DNA of 57,961 bases, filler included, from Basidiobolus ranarum (GCA_040143965.1; 7 parts of 7 records of this genome joined end to end with filler, not necessarily neighbours in it); one strand, 5' to 3'. Shown: positions 11,793-24,834, counted from the whole stretch's first letter. Program-made: numbers and translations. Notes: generated by a model from the letters alone, not told the origin.

Positions 11793-14470
11793 TCAACTGA
11801 CATAGATGTTAACGACCATAGCCAACTCGTTCTGGTTCGATCCGTTTTCAAAGGCCATTTGAACATCCTCATCGGTGTTGATTAGGATCAAATCATTCTC
11901 TTCATCCTTGTATTTGATCCTTAACTTGCTTTCTAGCTTTGTTCCTGAGCACAACTGTATCTTTTTTTCCACTTTCAACAGAAGGTCCCCGAAGGTAACA
12001 TCCGAAGGTACCACAAGCATAAATGAATCCTCGTGGTAGTTGATTCGCACTTTGATATTCTTGGAATGATTGTGAACGTTGGGGGTGGAGGCGCTTCTTT
12101 TCTGTCTATATGTTTGATCTGCTAGCTGATAGTTTTTCTCCGATCCAGGATGCTCGTTTTCCAGCTGTAGCTTTCGAAATTGTTCGCCAAGAAACGCTTG
12201 CTCTTGCTCGTAAGATGACTGAGAGATTGGTGCGGGCGCTGGTGCACTGAAGTGTCCAGGATGCTGGTTGGTATATGAGTTTTCTGCCCTGGGCAAAGGT
12301 GGCATTGACATGGGTGGATATCCTACTCCTGCCCCATCAGGATGCATATGAGCGGGATTGGACTGACTTCGATTTCTACTCAATGTACTGAAGGGGTTTC
12401 TAGAAGTTGGCCGCTTGAATGTGAGTAGAACATCGTCATCATCGTTATCATCTTGTTGATCGATAAACGACACGGTGTCCTCATCAGAATTCCAATTGGC
12501 CTCGTGTCCTTCGATCTCTGAAGTACTTGTATGTGTACGGGTGACACCGGGATGCTTGAGACTCATTTGCTTGCTCGATCTCGCAACCTTGTACGCTTCA
12601 CGGACCTTCTCAATGGTAGATGTCCATAGTTTGAAATGTTCCTCATTAGCTGGACTAATGATTGTTTCCGAATTCAACCAATCGATTTTGACTGTGTAGG
12701 TACCTAAGGAACGAAAAACGGGAGCGGGATGAGCGGAACGAAAAGCAGTTGTCAATACAAATGAAATTGAACTAACCATTTCGGGCAGTTGGTACGACTG
12801 ATCTGATCTCTCTGATGAGCAAAGTGGCTTTGTTATGCAAGGCGAGTGGTTTTTTCGAGTTTCCATTCTTGTTGGCCTTCCTGCTAGCCGCCGTCTCTTT
12901 ACAAACCAACAGAGCTTTGTCAAACAGGTAGAGCCAGCATTCACGCTCAACATCATTCACGGTAACCGAGAGTTTGTCAAACCTATGCAATTCACCAAAG
13001 TAAGATAATGATGGCCCATTCCAATTCTCAATGATTTTTTCCAGTTTCTTCAATTCAATAAGATTCTCTTCTTTGCGTTGTGTCTCGTTCACTCGATCGG
13101 CCACTCGTTTGATGGCTATTAGACCATCCTGGAGTTCTTGGTAATATGGCTCATCTGGTGACATAAGTTTCACCAATTGCTAACAAACGGTTATTTTACA
13201 AGTAACAGCGAAGCCTGATATTCATGCTTACTTACAGAAAGTAACAGTGGATATTTACACACTCGCTGCACTGGTTTGATGAGTAATGATGGCAATCCGT
13301 AAGTTGGTTCGACCAAGTGAGCCAGTTTCTAAATGTTATTTGGGTTGGTTAAACGAATGGTAGAGTCAAGTTAAAGGTAGAAGTGGGCCTTCACTGACCA
13401 TCAGATTGGGTGCTTCGGTCAGAGCTATCTCGGAAGCATTGGTGTAATTTGCACAGAACGGTTCGTATGCAGTGAAGCTATTTTCCTAGGTGATTTGTTG
13501 GTTGTTTAGTGAGTGTCTGACAAACCCTGGATTTTAATGCCATGTTACCATCTGAATGAATAAAGCGCCGAATCTTTGTTCCGTTGGTGGTAGTTCGGCG
13601 TTGGCTTCTACTCCAATTAAGAAACGTCTTTGAAAGTCAACCAGTCCGTGCAAATTAGCAAATAAATTTCGAAGTACATCATTGGAAACCACTTTCTGTA
13701 ATTGAAGTTCTTGCATATATTCCTGTAATAAATATGATAAGCTGTTCTATCCTGCCTCTTTTGGAATTTTGAACGAAAACGTACTTGAAGTGTCTCTAAA
13801 TCTTGAACATATTTACGCTCCGTAATAAGTAATTCTTTGACTGTTTGCTTGCGAAGACGTTCTTGTGCAGTGCTGGAGAGTTGATCTGGTCGCAGTGTTC
13901 CATCGGCAGTTGGCAACGGTAAGTCATTCAGTTCTTCAGTGATATCTTCTTCAAATAGTCCTTTTTCCACCATTATTTGTAGAATCAGCTCTACGGTATG
14001 AGTTACCTGAGTTAAAGTTAGTTCACTTTCTTAACTCAACCTAGTTTACCATATCCTACCTTTAGGAATTTATTCGTATCATCCTGATATAACTCAGTAA
14101 TGGTAAACAAAGTATCATCTTTCATCCCTAGTTGGTTTTTACAGGCCAACAAGAAATGGTATACGCTATGCTTACAAGCTTTGAGATTCTCTAAAGTAAT
14201 CTCCTCATCCACTTCCAACAATGTTTCTGGTTCGGTGGCATTAAAAAGTGCGCACAGACTAGAACCTAAGCGAAAAGTGTTCCATAAAGTAGTGATTGGA
14301 TTTGTCCCAGAAGGAAAAGGACAGTATGAGCTAGTGGTAGTACACATTTCTTGTTGTGAATCTAGAAAACGGGAAAGAATGGGAACTTTGTGTAAACGAC
14401 GTAAAAGTCTACGACAGTCACTGTAAAATGTGGACCCATCAGCGGGTTTGGCTAAAGCGGCGGTAGACAT
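11793..14470 (-). CDS. CDC24: Cdc24/Scd1-like Cdc42 guanine nucleotide exchange factor (CH-DH-PH-PB1), multi-exon
   Basis: CH domain (LWNTFRLGSSLCALFN, FTITELYQDDTNKFLKV), DH domain (VKELLITERKYVQDLETLQ, LLIKPVQRVCKYPLLL), PH domain, and PB1 domain (IKYKDEENDLILINTDEDV). Confidence 0.92.
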
Positions 14471-15198
14471 CGTGAATCAAAGATAGAGTGTATGGTTGTC
14501 AAGACTAAATTAGAAATAAGTGGGTGGAAATAATACAAGAGGTTGAAAAGTTCTTTTGGTATCTTGCAGGTTAGCTTCAGGTTTTCTTTAGAAGGCTAAT
14601 AACAGGGTGGTTATCTAAATATTACTTGAGACAAATAAATATACAATTCGAATAGTAAAGGTAAAGAAGAAAGTATCATACCAAATACAACAATAGTAAA
14701 GTCGATTTGGGCTAGTAAAAATAGGAATAATTCGTCAATTTCCAAGTCTTCTAACACCAAGCGCAGTAACGAACTATGGAATACAGAATGTGGATAATTC
14801 TAAAAAAACTTGGACCCAATCAGATTATCAATTGAATAATTACTAAGCCCCTTAGTAAGTAGTTGGTGTATGACAAAACACATTAGTTTATTTCTAATCA
14901 CAAATCACGCTCTGACCCATACTCATAGACCCACACTCCTTAATCTATCAGTAGGCAGATGCACCTGCACCTGTACCTTCAACATGATGATATATCTGCG
15001 GTGGCTGTAGATTCCAATTTTCATAGCTCGTGGCACATGAAAACAATTATGGTTAGGTTCTCTAATCCTGGATGATATATGCCTCCCCTTTTTCTTTTCA
15101 GGGTTGACACTTTGCCACCAATGTTTTATGTGTTGGTGTTCCAACTCTTCTCCAAAAGCTTTGCCACTAGAACGCTATTTGACCAGTAGATATTTCAC

Positions 15199-16170
15199 TC
15201 ATCCTGAATAAGTTCGTCTCCCACGTGTAGAGTGCTCGTTTGAAGCTAAGCTAAGAATGTTCGTATTAATCCCATACCGTGACCAATAGTCATTCACTGC
15301 AGAATCCGATGCGGGTTGTGGTTTGACGGAAAGTGAAGTAACTATCTTGGCTGGTGGAGGTAAAGACAGGATTTTTGCTGGTGGATTTTTCTTTGCCTTC
15401 GAAGGACTAGTCGACAGTATTGTAGATATAGTAATGGGCTTTGTTGGCTGAACCACTCCATTATACTTATCAATCGAAGGGGATTTGAACTGCCCTTTAA
15501 GCGAACCTATTCTTTCTAGCATCTTCCATAGCTCACGACTAGGATTCTTTTTAGTAAATACTTTACTTATCACCTGTGAGCTATCGGTAGATTTACCGTC
15601 GATATTTCCAGCTTTTTTACCTAGCATAAGGCTCATTTTACTCAGTACATGGATTCCAAATAATACATTTTCCGTATTCACATCCGGTGGCAGCTGGAAT
15701 TTACTCAAATACTTTTCCCTATTGATGGAATTAGACTGAGTCTTTAGCCTGTTAATATTAGCTATGGGTCGAGTCACTGAATCCCTATAAAGCTGGCTAG
15801 ATGTTGAACCAGACTTAATGGTGGGTAATATATAAGAGTTTGCAGCAACAGATGTGACAATTTTAGAAGATGAGCCGGTTGTGTCTGCAGAGGCTGATGC
15901 TCCCTTTGCTGTACGTAATAAATTCATCGTCGGTACATTCATGTTATATATCCCAGATCTTCGTGGATAATGTATACTCTCTCTATGTGGAATTCTCTGT
16001 CGGCCATAAATGTAAGGGTCCCAATACTGACCATATCCCGGAGGTGGCGCTCCCAATAATGACTGTCTATATCCGGTAAAACGTGAAGGGTTATCAACAG
16101 CCTGTATTTGACGAAAATCAAGCACGTTTAACATCACTAAAGCCAGAATGCCCTGGCTTAGATATAGCAT
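15199..16170 (-). CDS. Orphan putative secreted, basic Ser/Thr/Pro-rich protein (323 aa)
   Basis: Long uninterrupted ORF with a hydrophobic N-terminus (LSQGILALVMLNVL..IQA); no recognisable domain. Confidence 0.55.
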   Translation of the reverse strand: MLYLSQGILALVMLNVLDFRQIQAVDNPSRFTGYRQSLLGAPPPGYGQYWDPYIYGRQRIPHRESIHYPRRSGIYNMNVPTMNLLRTAKGASASADTTGSSSKIVTSVAANSYILPTIKSGSTSSQLYRDSVTRPIANINRLKTQSNSINREKYLSKFQLPPDVNTENVLFGIHVLSKMSLMLGKKAGNIDGKSTDSSQVISKVFTKKNPSRELWKMLERIGSLKGQFKSPSIDKYNGVVQPTKPITISTILSTSPSKAKKNPPAKILSLPPPAKIVTSLSVKPQPASDSAVNDYWSRYGINTNILSLASNEHSTRGRRTYSG

Positions 16171-16632
16171 GCTTCCACCTAGACGTTAGTAAATCAACGA
16201 GTATTCAGTTATTCAATATGGACGATCTCTTAGTATGCCCTCTTATAAACGACGACTCATACTGTGAAACTACCACTTGTATCAATTACCTGCACCTGCA
16301 TTATGTCACAAACGTTGAATCAAATTGGTTGTCACATTAATAGTTATTGGTGAATTTTAAAGCAAGCGAGTACAAGATTAATGATTTAAAACATGAGCAC
16401 TATTGGTTGGACCTGTAGAATGTGTGGCAATAACAATTGATGGTTTTTTTCATTCCATTTTGCGATGGCAACAGATAGCGAGATTTACGTAAACCAGATG
16501 AATGAGAGTTTAGTTTAATGTAAGCAATTGAANNNNNNNNNNNNNNNNNNNNNNNNNNNNNNNNNNNNNNNNNNNNTTAATTAATTAANNNNNNNNNNNN
16601 NNNNNNNNNNNNNNNNNNNNNNNNNNNNNNNN

Positions 16633-19157
16633 CTTTTCTTTAGAATCAAAGATGACTCTTATGGGTACTTGTCCTGCCTTAAATTGCTTGATATGTAGTC
16701 AATCCCTAACAAGAAAATGATGGGCTTTCCTCCTGAGGCTTCTGAATTGCTAGAGATCTAAGGAGTAGGGTGTCTGAAATGTAGTCAAATAATGGATAAT
16801 ATCTCTTGGTTCTTCATGTATAGGGGTACTGATAGAAACTTGGTGTATGTTGGCATCAAGGGAGTTTTCCAAGTTGTCTTCAGAGTGTACTTCACCAGGT
16901 CTTGGTCCCATACTTGATAGTCCCGCTGCAACAACATTTGTACTTCCTGGTATGGGTACCACTTAAAAGTCAAATGTCGTGAGCCAAGCCATCCACCAGT
17001 TGGTAGCATCATCTGGTAGATCTGGTTTGTTGATTATTGCAATAAGTGGTCTTGCATCTGTTTCAAGTATGAATTGAGTCAAATAGAGATGGGCCTTTAA
17101 TTTCTGATCATCTTTACAGCTCCAAGTAGCTCTCTCTTGATCTGGGAATATCTTTGATCCCTAGGGTTGTATAAGAAGCTTTCATATCTGCAGGCATATT
17201 GGTTGCCTGCTTCAGCATTCTGGCCTAAAAGAGCACCCACTCCAATAGGACTTGAGTCAACTGTGAGTATTGGTGGTCTTGTGGCATCTGCATAGTCTAG
17301 TGACTCAAGTATTGCATGTGATGTTAGTGCTTGCTTCAGCTTCTCCATAACAGCATTTTGATCAAGTCCCCATTCAAACTTCATATTCTTTCTCTGTAGT
17401 TGATATTTGTGTTCTGCAATTCCAGCAAAATTGGGAATCCATATTCTAAAAAATCTACAAGCAGCCACAACTCCTCTTGCTTGGGGTAAGTTGCTTGGTG
17501 TTTGCCATGTGAGAAGATTCTAAATCTTAGATGGTCCTGGTGTACTTCCATGAATGTCACATTTTGTGCCAATTATGGATATCTCTGGCATTCCAAATTC
17601 ACTTTTCTCACTACTTAGAGTGAGTCCAGCTTTCTCAATTTTGGTCAAAATCTCATCATTGTCTTGTATATGGGCATATACAAATCTTCTTACTCCTGGG
17701 AGTACTTCAGATGTGTCATTGATAGGCAATCCTTTTATGCCAATGTCATCTACAAATACAGCTTACTTGTCAGGGATGAACTTGTGGAGGACATTGACAA
17801 TCACACATTGAAACTGTGCAACAGAGTTAGTTCCCCTTGGGCTGAGTCTTGTCATTCTAAGTAGCCCAAATGGAGTCTGTTATCTAAACATGTCTCATGA
17901 TGTTTCATCAATTGGTATTTAGTCATATGCTGAGTATAGATTGTAGGTTGAACATATGGAAGCTTCTGCAAAGCTCTTGGCAAGTTCATCAATTGATCTG
18001 GGTACTGCAGCATCTCTGATTGAAACCACATAGACTGGCTGCATGTCTTGTATGAATCACAGTTTGCCTTTGTTCTTCTTTGTGACAAACCAGTGGTTGG
18101 CATAAGGTCCATAGCATGGTTCTAGGATTCCAGCTTTAATCTTTCTCTTAAGAAGTGCATGTACATCTGGTTATAGGCCTCTTGGTAGTTGGTAAGGTTT
18201 ATAAGACCATGGTGTGTGCTCTACAGTGTGAATATTCATAGGTTTCTCAACTGAGAGCAATAGTAGTACCATTTGCTGGTCATTGTACGCAAAGACTTTG
18301 TCATGTCTAACAATCATATCCCTAGAGAGTTTAACTTCCTGAGGGCTGAGGCTGCCATTGCCATTCTGGAATGCTTGATAGAGTCACACCATACACAATT
18401 GGCTGGGTAGGAAGATGGATAGGTTCCTCCTTGGTAGGACTTACTCTCAATCTTAAAAGTGAGACATTCAAGTTTCTGGCTAATGTTAAATAGTTCTTCC
18501 TCAACTTTGACTGTTCTACTTTTTGTCAAAGGTTCTTCTGGTCTTGGTTGTGGTTGTTCCCTGCTCTTCTGGAACATTTTCATGAGAGCTGAGTTCTCCT
18601 GACTGGCTAGGAGGACTTTCTTCACATTAGCAAGTGAGGGAATATCAGAGGTTGATTAGCCAGTAGTTCCTTGATCTATTGTTGTCAGTAGGTGTTGGGG
18701 CAAGGCAATCAATAGGTAAATATTAATGGTACTTCAGTGATAGCACCTTGTTAAATCAAAGGTGCTCCAATATTTTCATCTTCTTGGATAAATTGTTTGA
18801 TAGGCATCTTTAAGAAGCTGGTTTTGGCAAAGTCCTTCAAGTAATAGATTGAGTAGGTATGGCAGGGTTCTCAATAATTTGCTACCAAGAGTCCTTTCTT
18901 AATGCTCCAGTCTTGTAGTGTGGAAGGGTTGTCTTCAAGTGTTCTTCACAGTATGGTGGTAGTTCTTCAGCCATTTTGTCTTGAGGAACAGTGTAAGCTT
19001 GGCAGAAAAGTTCCCATCTGCTGATGATTGCTTAAACCTTGGTTCCATCAAACAAGGGAGTTCCTGGGAATCCACATATTGGTAGTATTTGGTTGACATA
19101 GTGAATGAGTAGTAGTAGTCTTTCTTGTTGTAAATCTTCACAGAGATTCAGTCAAAT
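16633..19157 (-). mobile_element. Decayed Ty3/Gypsy LTR retrotransposon internal region (gag, RT, RNase H), with many stops and frameshifts
   Basis: Gag zinc knuckle CVWCDSIKH; RT motifs GPYANHWF, QTPFGLLRMTRL and AVFVDDIGIKG; RNase H sequence ILTVDSSPIGVGALLGQ..RYSQIKRELLG. Confidence 0.92.
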
Positions 19158-19175
19158 CCCCTATGTTGGGTGCCA
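19158..19175 (-). promoter_or_regulatory. Primer binding site for tRNA-Lys, decayed
   Basis: Minus strand TGGCACCCAACATAGGGG lies 2 nt after the LTR-terminal CA. The canonical tRNA-Lys(CUU) PBS is TGGCGCCCAACGTGGGG; both CpGs are changed to CpA. Confidence 0.8.
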
Positions 19176-19177
19176 AA

Positions 19178-19910
19178 TGTAGCTGTTTTAGGGTGTAAGC
19201 AGCAAATATAACTGCAATATCCTAAGGGTTTTGTGAGGTGTTCAAAGGGTGCAATAACCACCGTTGAATATCTCTGGGATACACTGTAATATGGGTCTAT
19301 CTCTTGCCTCTTGGGTTTTTGTGAAAGGGAATCAAGGCTCTACAAATGTCTAAGGACTGATAAACTATGATGCAATGTGTAGCTTTCTGTTGAATTATAT
19401 GCTGGCACCTGACAAAAGAATATACCAGCTTCAACATCCTTTGAGAATGCTCAGATAAAAAAGGAATATCTAACCAAAAAATGGTATACTCAGCCAGCAG
19501 GGACTTGGACAAGGATGCACTAGTAGTGATTTGTCCAAGGATCTGAAAGGTTCCTTACCAATACAGACAAAGCTAGGGAAAAAAGTATAAAGTATCAGAC
19601 ATATAACACCTGCCTGTCAATACTTCCTTTGCGCCTGTCAAGTCCTTTCTAGTCACACAGTAGCCTGTAACTGCCTCTAGTAGTGTTCTGGATGATTGTA
19701 TAATTTTCCAGAAAATAATAGGGCTAATGTGAGTTAATACTGATAGATCTGAAATAATAGGGGATAATACTAATGGTGTAATATGATTGGCTAGAAAATA
19801 TGACTAAGTCAAATATGAATAATCAAATAGAAATTGTGCAATAGTAATGATATGAGCTTGGAGTGGAAATAAGTCAACCTGCCAGTGGGTAGCAATGCCA
19901 CCCCACTACA
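19178..19910 (-). repeat. 5' LTR of the Gypsy element (733 bp)
   Basis: Minus strand starts TGTAG (19910) and ends CTACA (19178), a 5-bp terminal inverted repeat; the PBS and gag follow directly. Confidence 0.78.
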
Positions 19911-19959
19911 CCGATGAAAGCCAAACAATCATTTGGACATGAAGGTAGTTTAATTACTG

Positions 19960-22520
19960 AAGGACTATAAGTCATACAGTTGACAAGTATTTTCCACTTG
20001 TACCAGATCTACACATGACCATGACAATCTAGTTGAGCAGAATATATGTTGGACTGTTATGCCTACACAACAACCCAAAATGCTTGGGCAATTGAAAGAA
20101 GAAATCTCATAGGAAAACCAGCAAACCAAAAGATTCTGAATGTCAGAGCTGTCATCACTTGCACTGATGATGAGTGGTTTAACATTTTGGAAATTGTGCC
20201 AAATCTTGCCTGAAATCACCTGGATTTGAGCCAATTGCGGAAAAACCACAAGCTAGGCATTACTCTGAAGATTCTTGACTTCTTTCATGTGGCTTATCCT
20301 GGGTTTTTGCAAGCAAATCACAATTGGGCTAGTACAGGCTGATTCATGAAATACCTCAAATATGTATGCAATTATTTACTTTCAATAGAAAGCAAAGCAG
20401 CTAAAGAAGTACTTGAAGAGCAGGAAGTTAGTAAACCAAGGTAAAAGCAAAGCAGCCAGTGAGCTTGGGCTTTAATGTCCCACTTACCAAATACTTCACA
20501 CCATTAAAAAAATCTGCCTTACCAGAGTCAGAGATACTTGCAAGAAAGCTTTATTCCACCATGGAACTTGGTACATCAGTTGAAAGAGTGCTAAATTTAG
20601 AAGTTCATCCAGCACCTGGCACCTCTCAACCAGCCAAAGTACCTGCAAATAAAACTCAAGGCACTCCATCCTCAATTGGTACTTTTCAAAGTGCTGAAAT
20701 TAGCCCCAAAGTTAAAGGCAAGCAAAAAGCCAACACTTGACAACAATAAAAAGACATACAAATGCTGCAAAGCACCTTCAGTGGTGTCACACTGCAAGTT
20801 TCTATAAAAATAGGCAAACTGCTTAAGGATTACTTTGAAAAGCATGAAGCAAAAAACTCAGGGACTACAAGTATGTAAAAAATAGTATAAGTGCTTGAAG
20901 AGTATGACAAAAGAATGAACAGAAAAATATAGTGCAAGTATGCAGAAAGAAACTTTCAAAGAATAACATTCAACTTGCATTCAGCATGATGTTGACCATG
21001 CAGATTTCTGGGAAAAACATGTCACAGTGTGGCACAATATTGCCACATAATCACCAGATAGATGCAAGAATGTGGCTTCAGCAGCATTAATAAAATGGTA
21101 AGCTTTGTTGAGATATTGATACACACTTGTGTGGGCTATGAGGAAAACCTTGGGTGGACAGAACTCTGTGAAAAAATCCATAAGAATGTATCAAAGAAAC
21201 TAGGGATTTCAAAGGTGAACAATTAGCTTTCAAGTGGTAATTGTGTAAATTTGAGTTACTTTTTTCACACATGTGTTCATCCATGGTTTTCTGAGATTGA
21301 AGCCAATCATGTGCACCTGTTTTGTGACATCTTGAAATTTCACTCCTGAAACTGAAAAAATCATTTAAAATCAAATCTAACTTGACAATTCTAAGATGGT
21401 AAGTAAAAATCAATCCAGAATGGATTGAAATGGTGATATTATTCTTGCTATAACAATTTTCAAATTTCAGTTGGGGTGGTGTATTGATGTAATTTGCAGT
21501 GGCACTTATATCATGATAACAAAAGTTTTCCTCTTTTGAACACCATGAATCAGACATAATTGGCATTATGGTTTTATATTTTGCTTTTGGAACCACCCAA
21601 TGTTACTCTGTGCTTGGATCTAACAAACATGCACAATAATAAACCCTTTCTCCTCATGGCCATATGTGTGTACCCTGTTGCAAAATTGTCAAAAATATAT
21701 CCATCAGAGGCTGTAGTATTTTGTGGACTATCAGTGGATTTGATTTTAATATTGGTCAAATCACTGTAATATCTTGACCCTTGTAGAGCTCAATTGGTGC
21801 AAAATCAATAGTGAGTAAGATTACTGGTCAACAGGTATTGTATTACATGTTTATTCAGTGGAATACCATGATGTGCCAAGTTAAATACATGATCAAGACA
21901 TCTTTTGAAAATGACCTTACTAGGGAGCTCCTTGCAGTTGAACTGATGAAATATATCAAGATGACATCAGTATTTTGTTATTAATCTGTACAAAATATCA
22001 TTGACTTGCATTTGGGTGTTCTTCATATAGTTGTGTTTGCACTTTTGCTATATATGATGAATATGAGTAACACTTATTAGAAGATTTAATGCCAGTGAGA
22101 TTGCAGCTGTTGCACTCAATCATATACATGATATTACTGGTGAAAGCTATACAGCTAGTTGAACATGGTGTTATAAACATGATGACTGAATCATATGCAG
22201 AGTACAACACTGTAGCTTTGCACTTAGGCAATATTCCCCTTTCAATGAGCAAAATATTGCTGGAGCAGTCTCACTACCTTCAGTAGTAGCAGGACTGCCA
22301 AGAATGAGTCAAGCTTGTTACTGCTTGTACCAACTGTACCCATATAGATGTTATCCTAACTCTCCACTGTCTCATTCTCCAACAATAGCAAATTAAGTTC
22401 TGACTCCATACCAACTTGCAGAAGAATATTACCACTATAAGATAGCATGAAGAAGCCCAACCTATGTTACAGTTTCTAAATATGGCTGAAGTTTGAAGGA
22501 AAAAAGTCAAGGAATCATAT
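19960..22520 (+). pseudogene. Decayed gene(s) of an unidentified multicopy element, copy 1 (shared block about 20930-21472)
   Basis: Stop-riddled but protein-like frames (e.g. PWFSEIEANHVHLFCDILKFHS*N*KNHLKSNLT*QF*DG, then a GTAAGT..CAG intron-like segment); homologous to 22661-23212 (-) and 24935-25135 (+). Confidence 0.55.
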
Positions 22521-22660
22521 TAGGTACTTTGAAGATCATCATAATAACAGTTCAACATTTGAATAAAGACTTAGAGCCAGTAATATATTGACATTTCAGT
22601 TGAATGCTAAATTAAGTAAGCTCTAAATAAATTTTTGTAGCCCAATTCTGACAGTATCTT

Positions 22661-23212
22661 ACTCTAACAGAAATTTGAGGATTGCTGTTGTAAGAAAACC
22701 ATCAAAATTTTAATCCATGTGGGATTGACTGTTTACTCACCATCATGAAATTGTCAAGTTTGATTTGACTTTAATCAATATTTCCAGCTTCAGGAATAAC
22801 ATTTCAAGATCTCACAAAATAGTTGGCATGATTTGCTACAATGTCAGAGAACTATTCATTAACACATGTGCAAGAAACATAACTGGAAATTTACCCAATT
22901 ACCACTTGAATGCTAATTTGTTTCCTTTGAAATCTCAAGTGTCTTTGATATATTCTACTTAATATTTTTATAGAGTTCTTCATACATAAGGTTTTGCTCA
23001 TATCAAACATGAGTTTGTAACAATGTCTCCATTAGAGCCCACATTGTATTAATGTTGCTGAATCAACATCCTTCCAGCCATCTGGCAGATACCCTGTAAT
23101 ATTGAGCCACCATGTATTAAGTTCTTCACAGATATGAGCACAGTCAACACTAGACTGAATGTGAAGATGAATGTTTTTCTTTTGAAGCCACTTTCTGCAT
23201 ACTTGCACTGCA
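22661..23212 (-). repeat. Inverted second copy of the unidentified multicopy element
   Basis: The reverse complement aligns by eye with 20930-21472 and 24935-25135 (AGTGCAAGTATGCAGAAAG; ATCTTGAAAT..AACTTGACAATT..GATGGT.AGTAAA..CCTCAAATTTCTGTTAGAG). Confidence 0.8.
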
Positions 23213-23491
23213 ATGGGTTAAAGAGACTCCGGAGTATATTAACCTTCCAACTAAGGGCTCTTTTCAAAGTGCTCATAAGTTTTTGCATTGTTTGAACACA
23301 ATAACAGCAACAAAGCCCAATCCATGGATACAGAGTGAGTACCTCTATAATTTAGACTAATTTTTTTGTGTGATAATCTGACAGTATTTTTGGGAAAGCT
23401 GCAAAACAGACTTCTTGGTGAGATAAATCAATATACATGGTATTATTGTTTTAGCCATAGGGTAGTCTATTCAAGCAATGGCATATCTACT

Positions 23492-24054
23492 TGTGGCAGG
23501 ACATTTGTTTACTGCAAGTTGAGTGTCCCAATAAGGAACTGGACAAGGGCTGGAAACAACAACAAGATGCTAGAAGGCAGGAGAGTACTTGGGTGTAGAC
23601 TACAAGGCAAGACAAGACTGTACAAGGAAGATACTTTGGCAACAATCTTTATTGAGAACTGGCATTGATCAGACTGAGGTCTGATCAAGGAAAACATGGG
23701 GCTTATATAGATATTGCAAGGTGAAACATAATATACTGAATAGGAAATATGCTGTGGCAAGTTCAAGAGTCAGGGTGATGGGGACTACAAGGACCAATAC
23801 AAAGAGGGATGATTTAAGGATGATCAGGCAACCTTCCATGGAAGGTCTTGGCAGAAAAACACTATGTGAGGGATGACATGGTTGGTTAGGTTTCATGGAA
23901 TGTTCCAAATAACTTGACTTCCATAAAAGGTAACTTGGATGGACTAACACACAATTGCCAAGAAGGGATGGCACAGCAGATATGCTGTCATAATCTAATA
24001 ATTGCAAGAGTTCTATTTGCAATGGATCAGTATGCCAAGATCAGAATCATGCCA
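23492..24054 (-). repeat. Probable 3' LTR of the chromovirus element (distal boundary uncertain)
   Basis: The polypurine tract AAAGAAGGGGATAC is followed by TG at 24054 on the minus strand; a candidate CA end lies near 23492. Confidence 0.5.
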
Positions 24055-24834
24055 GTATCCCCTTCTTTAGTGATGGTTTCCAGACATCATAGGGCCAGGT
24101 TTTTCTGTATAAGCTTCATGAAACTCCTGGCAAAGTTCCTTGGAATTGGAAAGATTTGTTGCTGGCTCCCATAATTGATCATTTATTTAGTATCCCTTCC
24201 AGTCCACTAAATATTGCAATTTACATTGATAAATTCTGGAATCTAGAATTTTGCTGACTTCATATTCAAGGTGTTCTTCCACTTGTATTGCTGGGGGTGG
24301 GTCAATGGATTAGCCCTGTAAGGTGTTTCTGGCATGTGGCTCTAAGAGAGAAACATGGAACATCTAGACTTGGCTTTCTTTTCTTATCAGTACAGTTCTT
24401 GTATTGGGATTGGGCATGCTCTGACTCAAATATTAATTGTTTATGGATGTCCTTAACAAAAGTGGCATGGTCTGAGGCAGCAAGGCAAGGTAGATTGAAT
24501 GGTGGGTGAATTGTGAAACAAAGATGGAATCCATGATTTGCGAAGAAGGGAGTTTATTTTGTTGAGGTATGATAAGAGTTGTTGTAAGTAAATTCAGCAA
24601 GTGGCAAGAGTTGTGTCCATTTATCCTGATCATGGTTGATAGTGCATTGCAAATATTGTTCCAAAACTTGATTGACTCTTTCTGTTTGGCCATCAGATTG
24701 GGGGTGGAAGGCAGTGATGTTTTGGGTTACCAATTCTCCGGAGGCCACAGGGCTGATGTCTTTGAGTCTTCACTTGAGCACAAGTATCACAGGTGGAAAC
24801 ATAAGTCTTGACAAATGCAAACATTTTGGGCCAC
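24055..24834 (-). mobile_element. Decayed Ty3/Gypsy chromovirus 3' end: integrase core, chromodomain and PPT
   Basis: Integrase [39 protein letters not shown]; chromodomain EYEVSKILDSR..LQYLVDWKGY..WEPATNL..EFH. Confidence 0.9.

Noticed and set aside
21280-21400. In-frame TGA codons shared between copies as selenocysteine or a variant genetic code
   Set aside because: They lie in CpG-erased repeats and are best explained as CGA>TGA decay; intact genes use the standard code.
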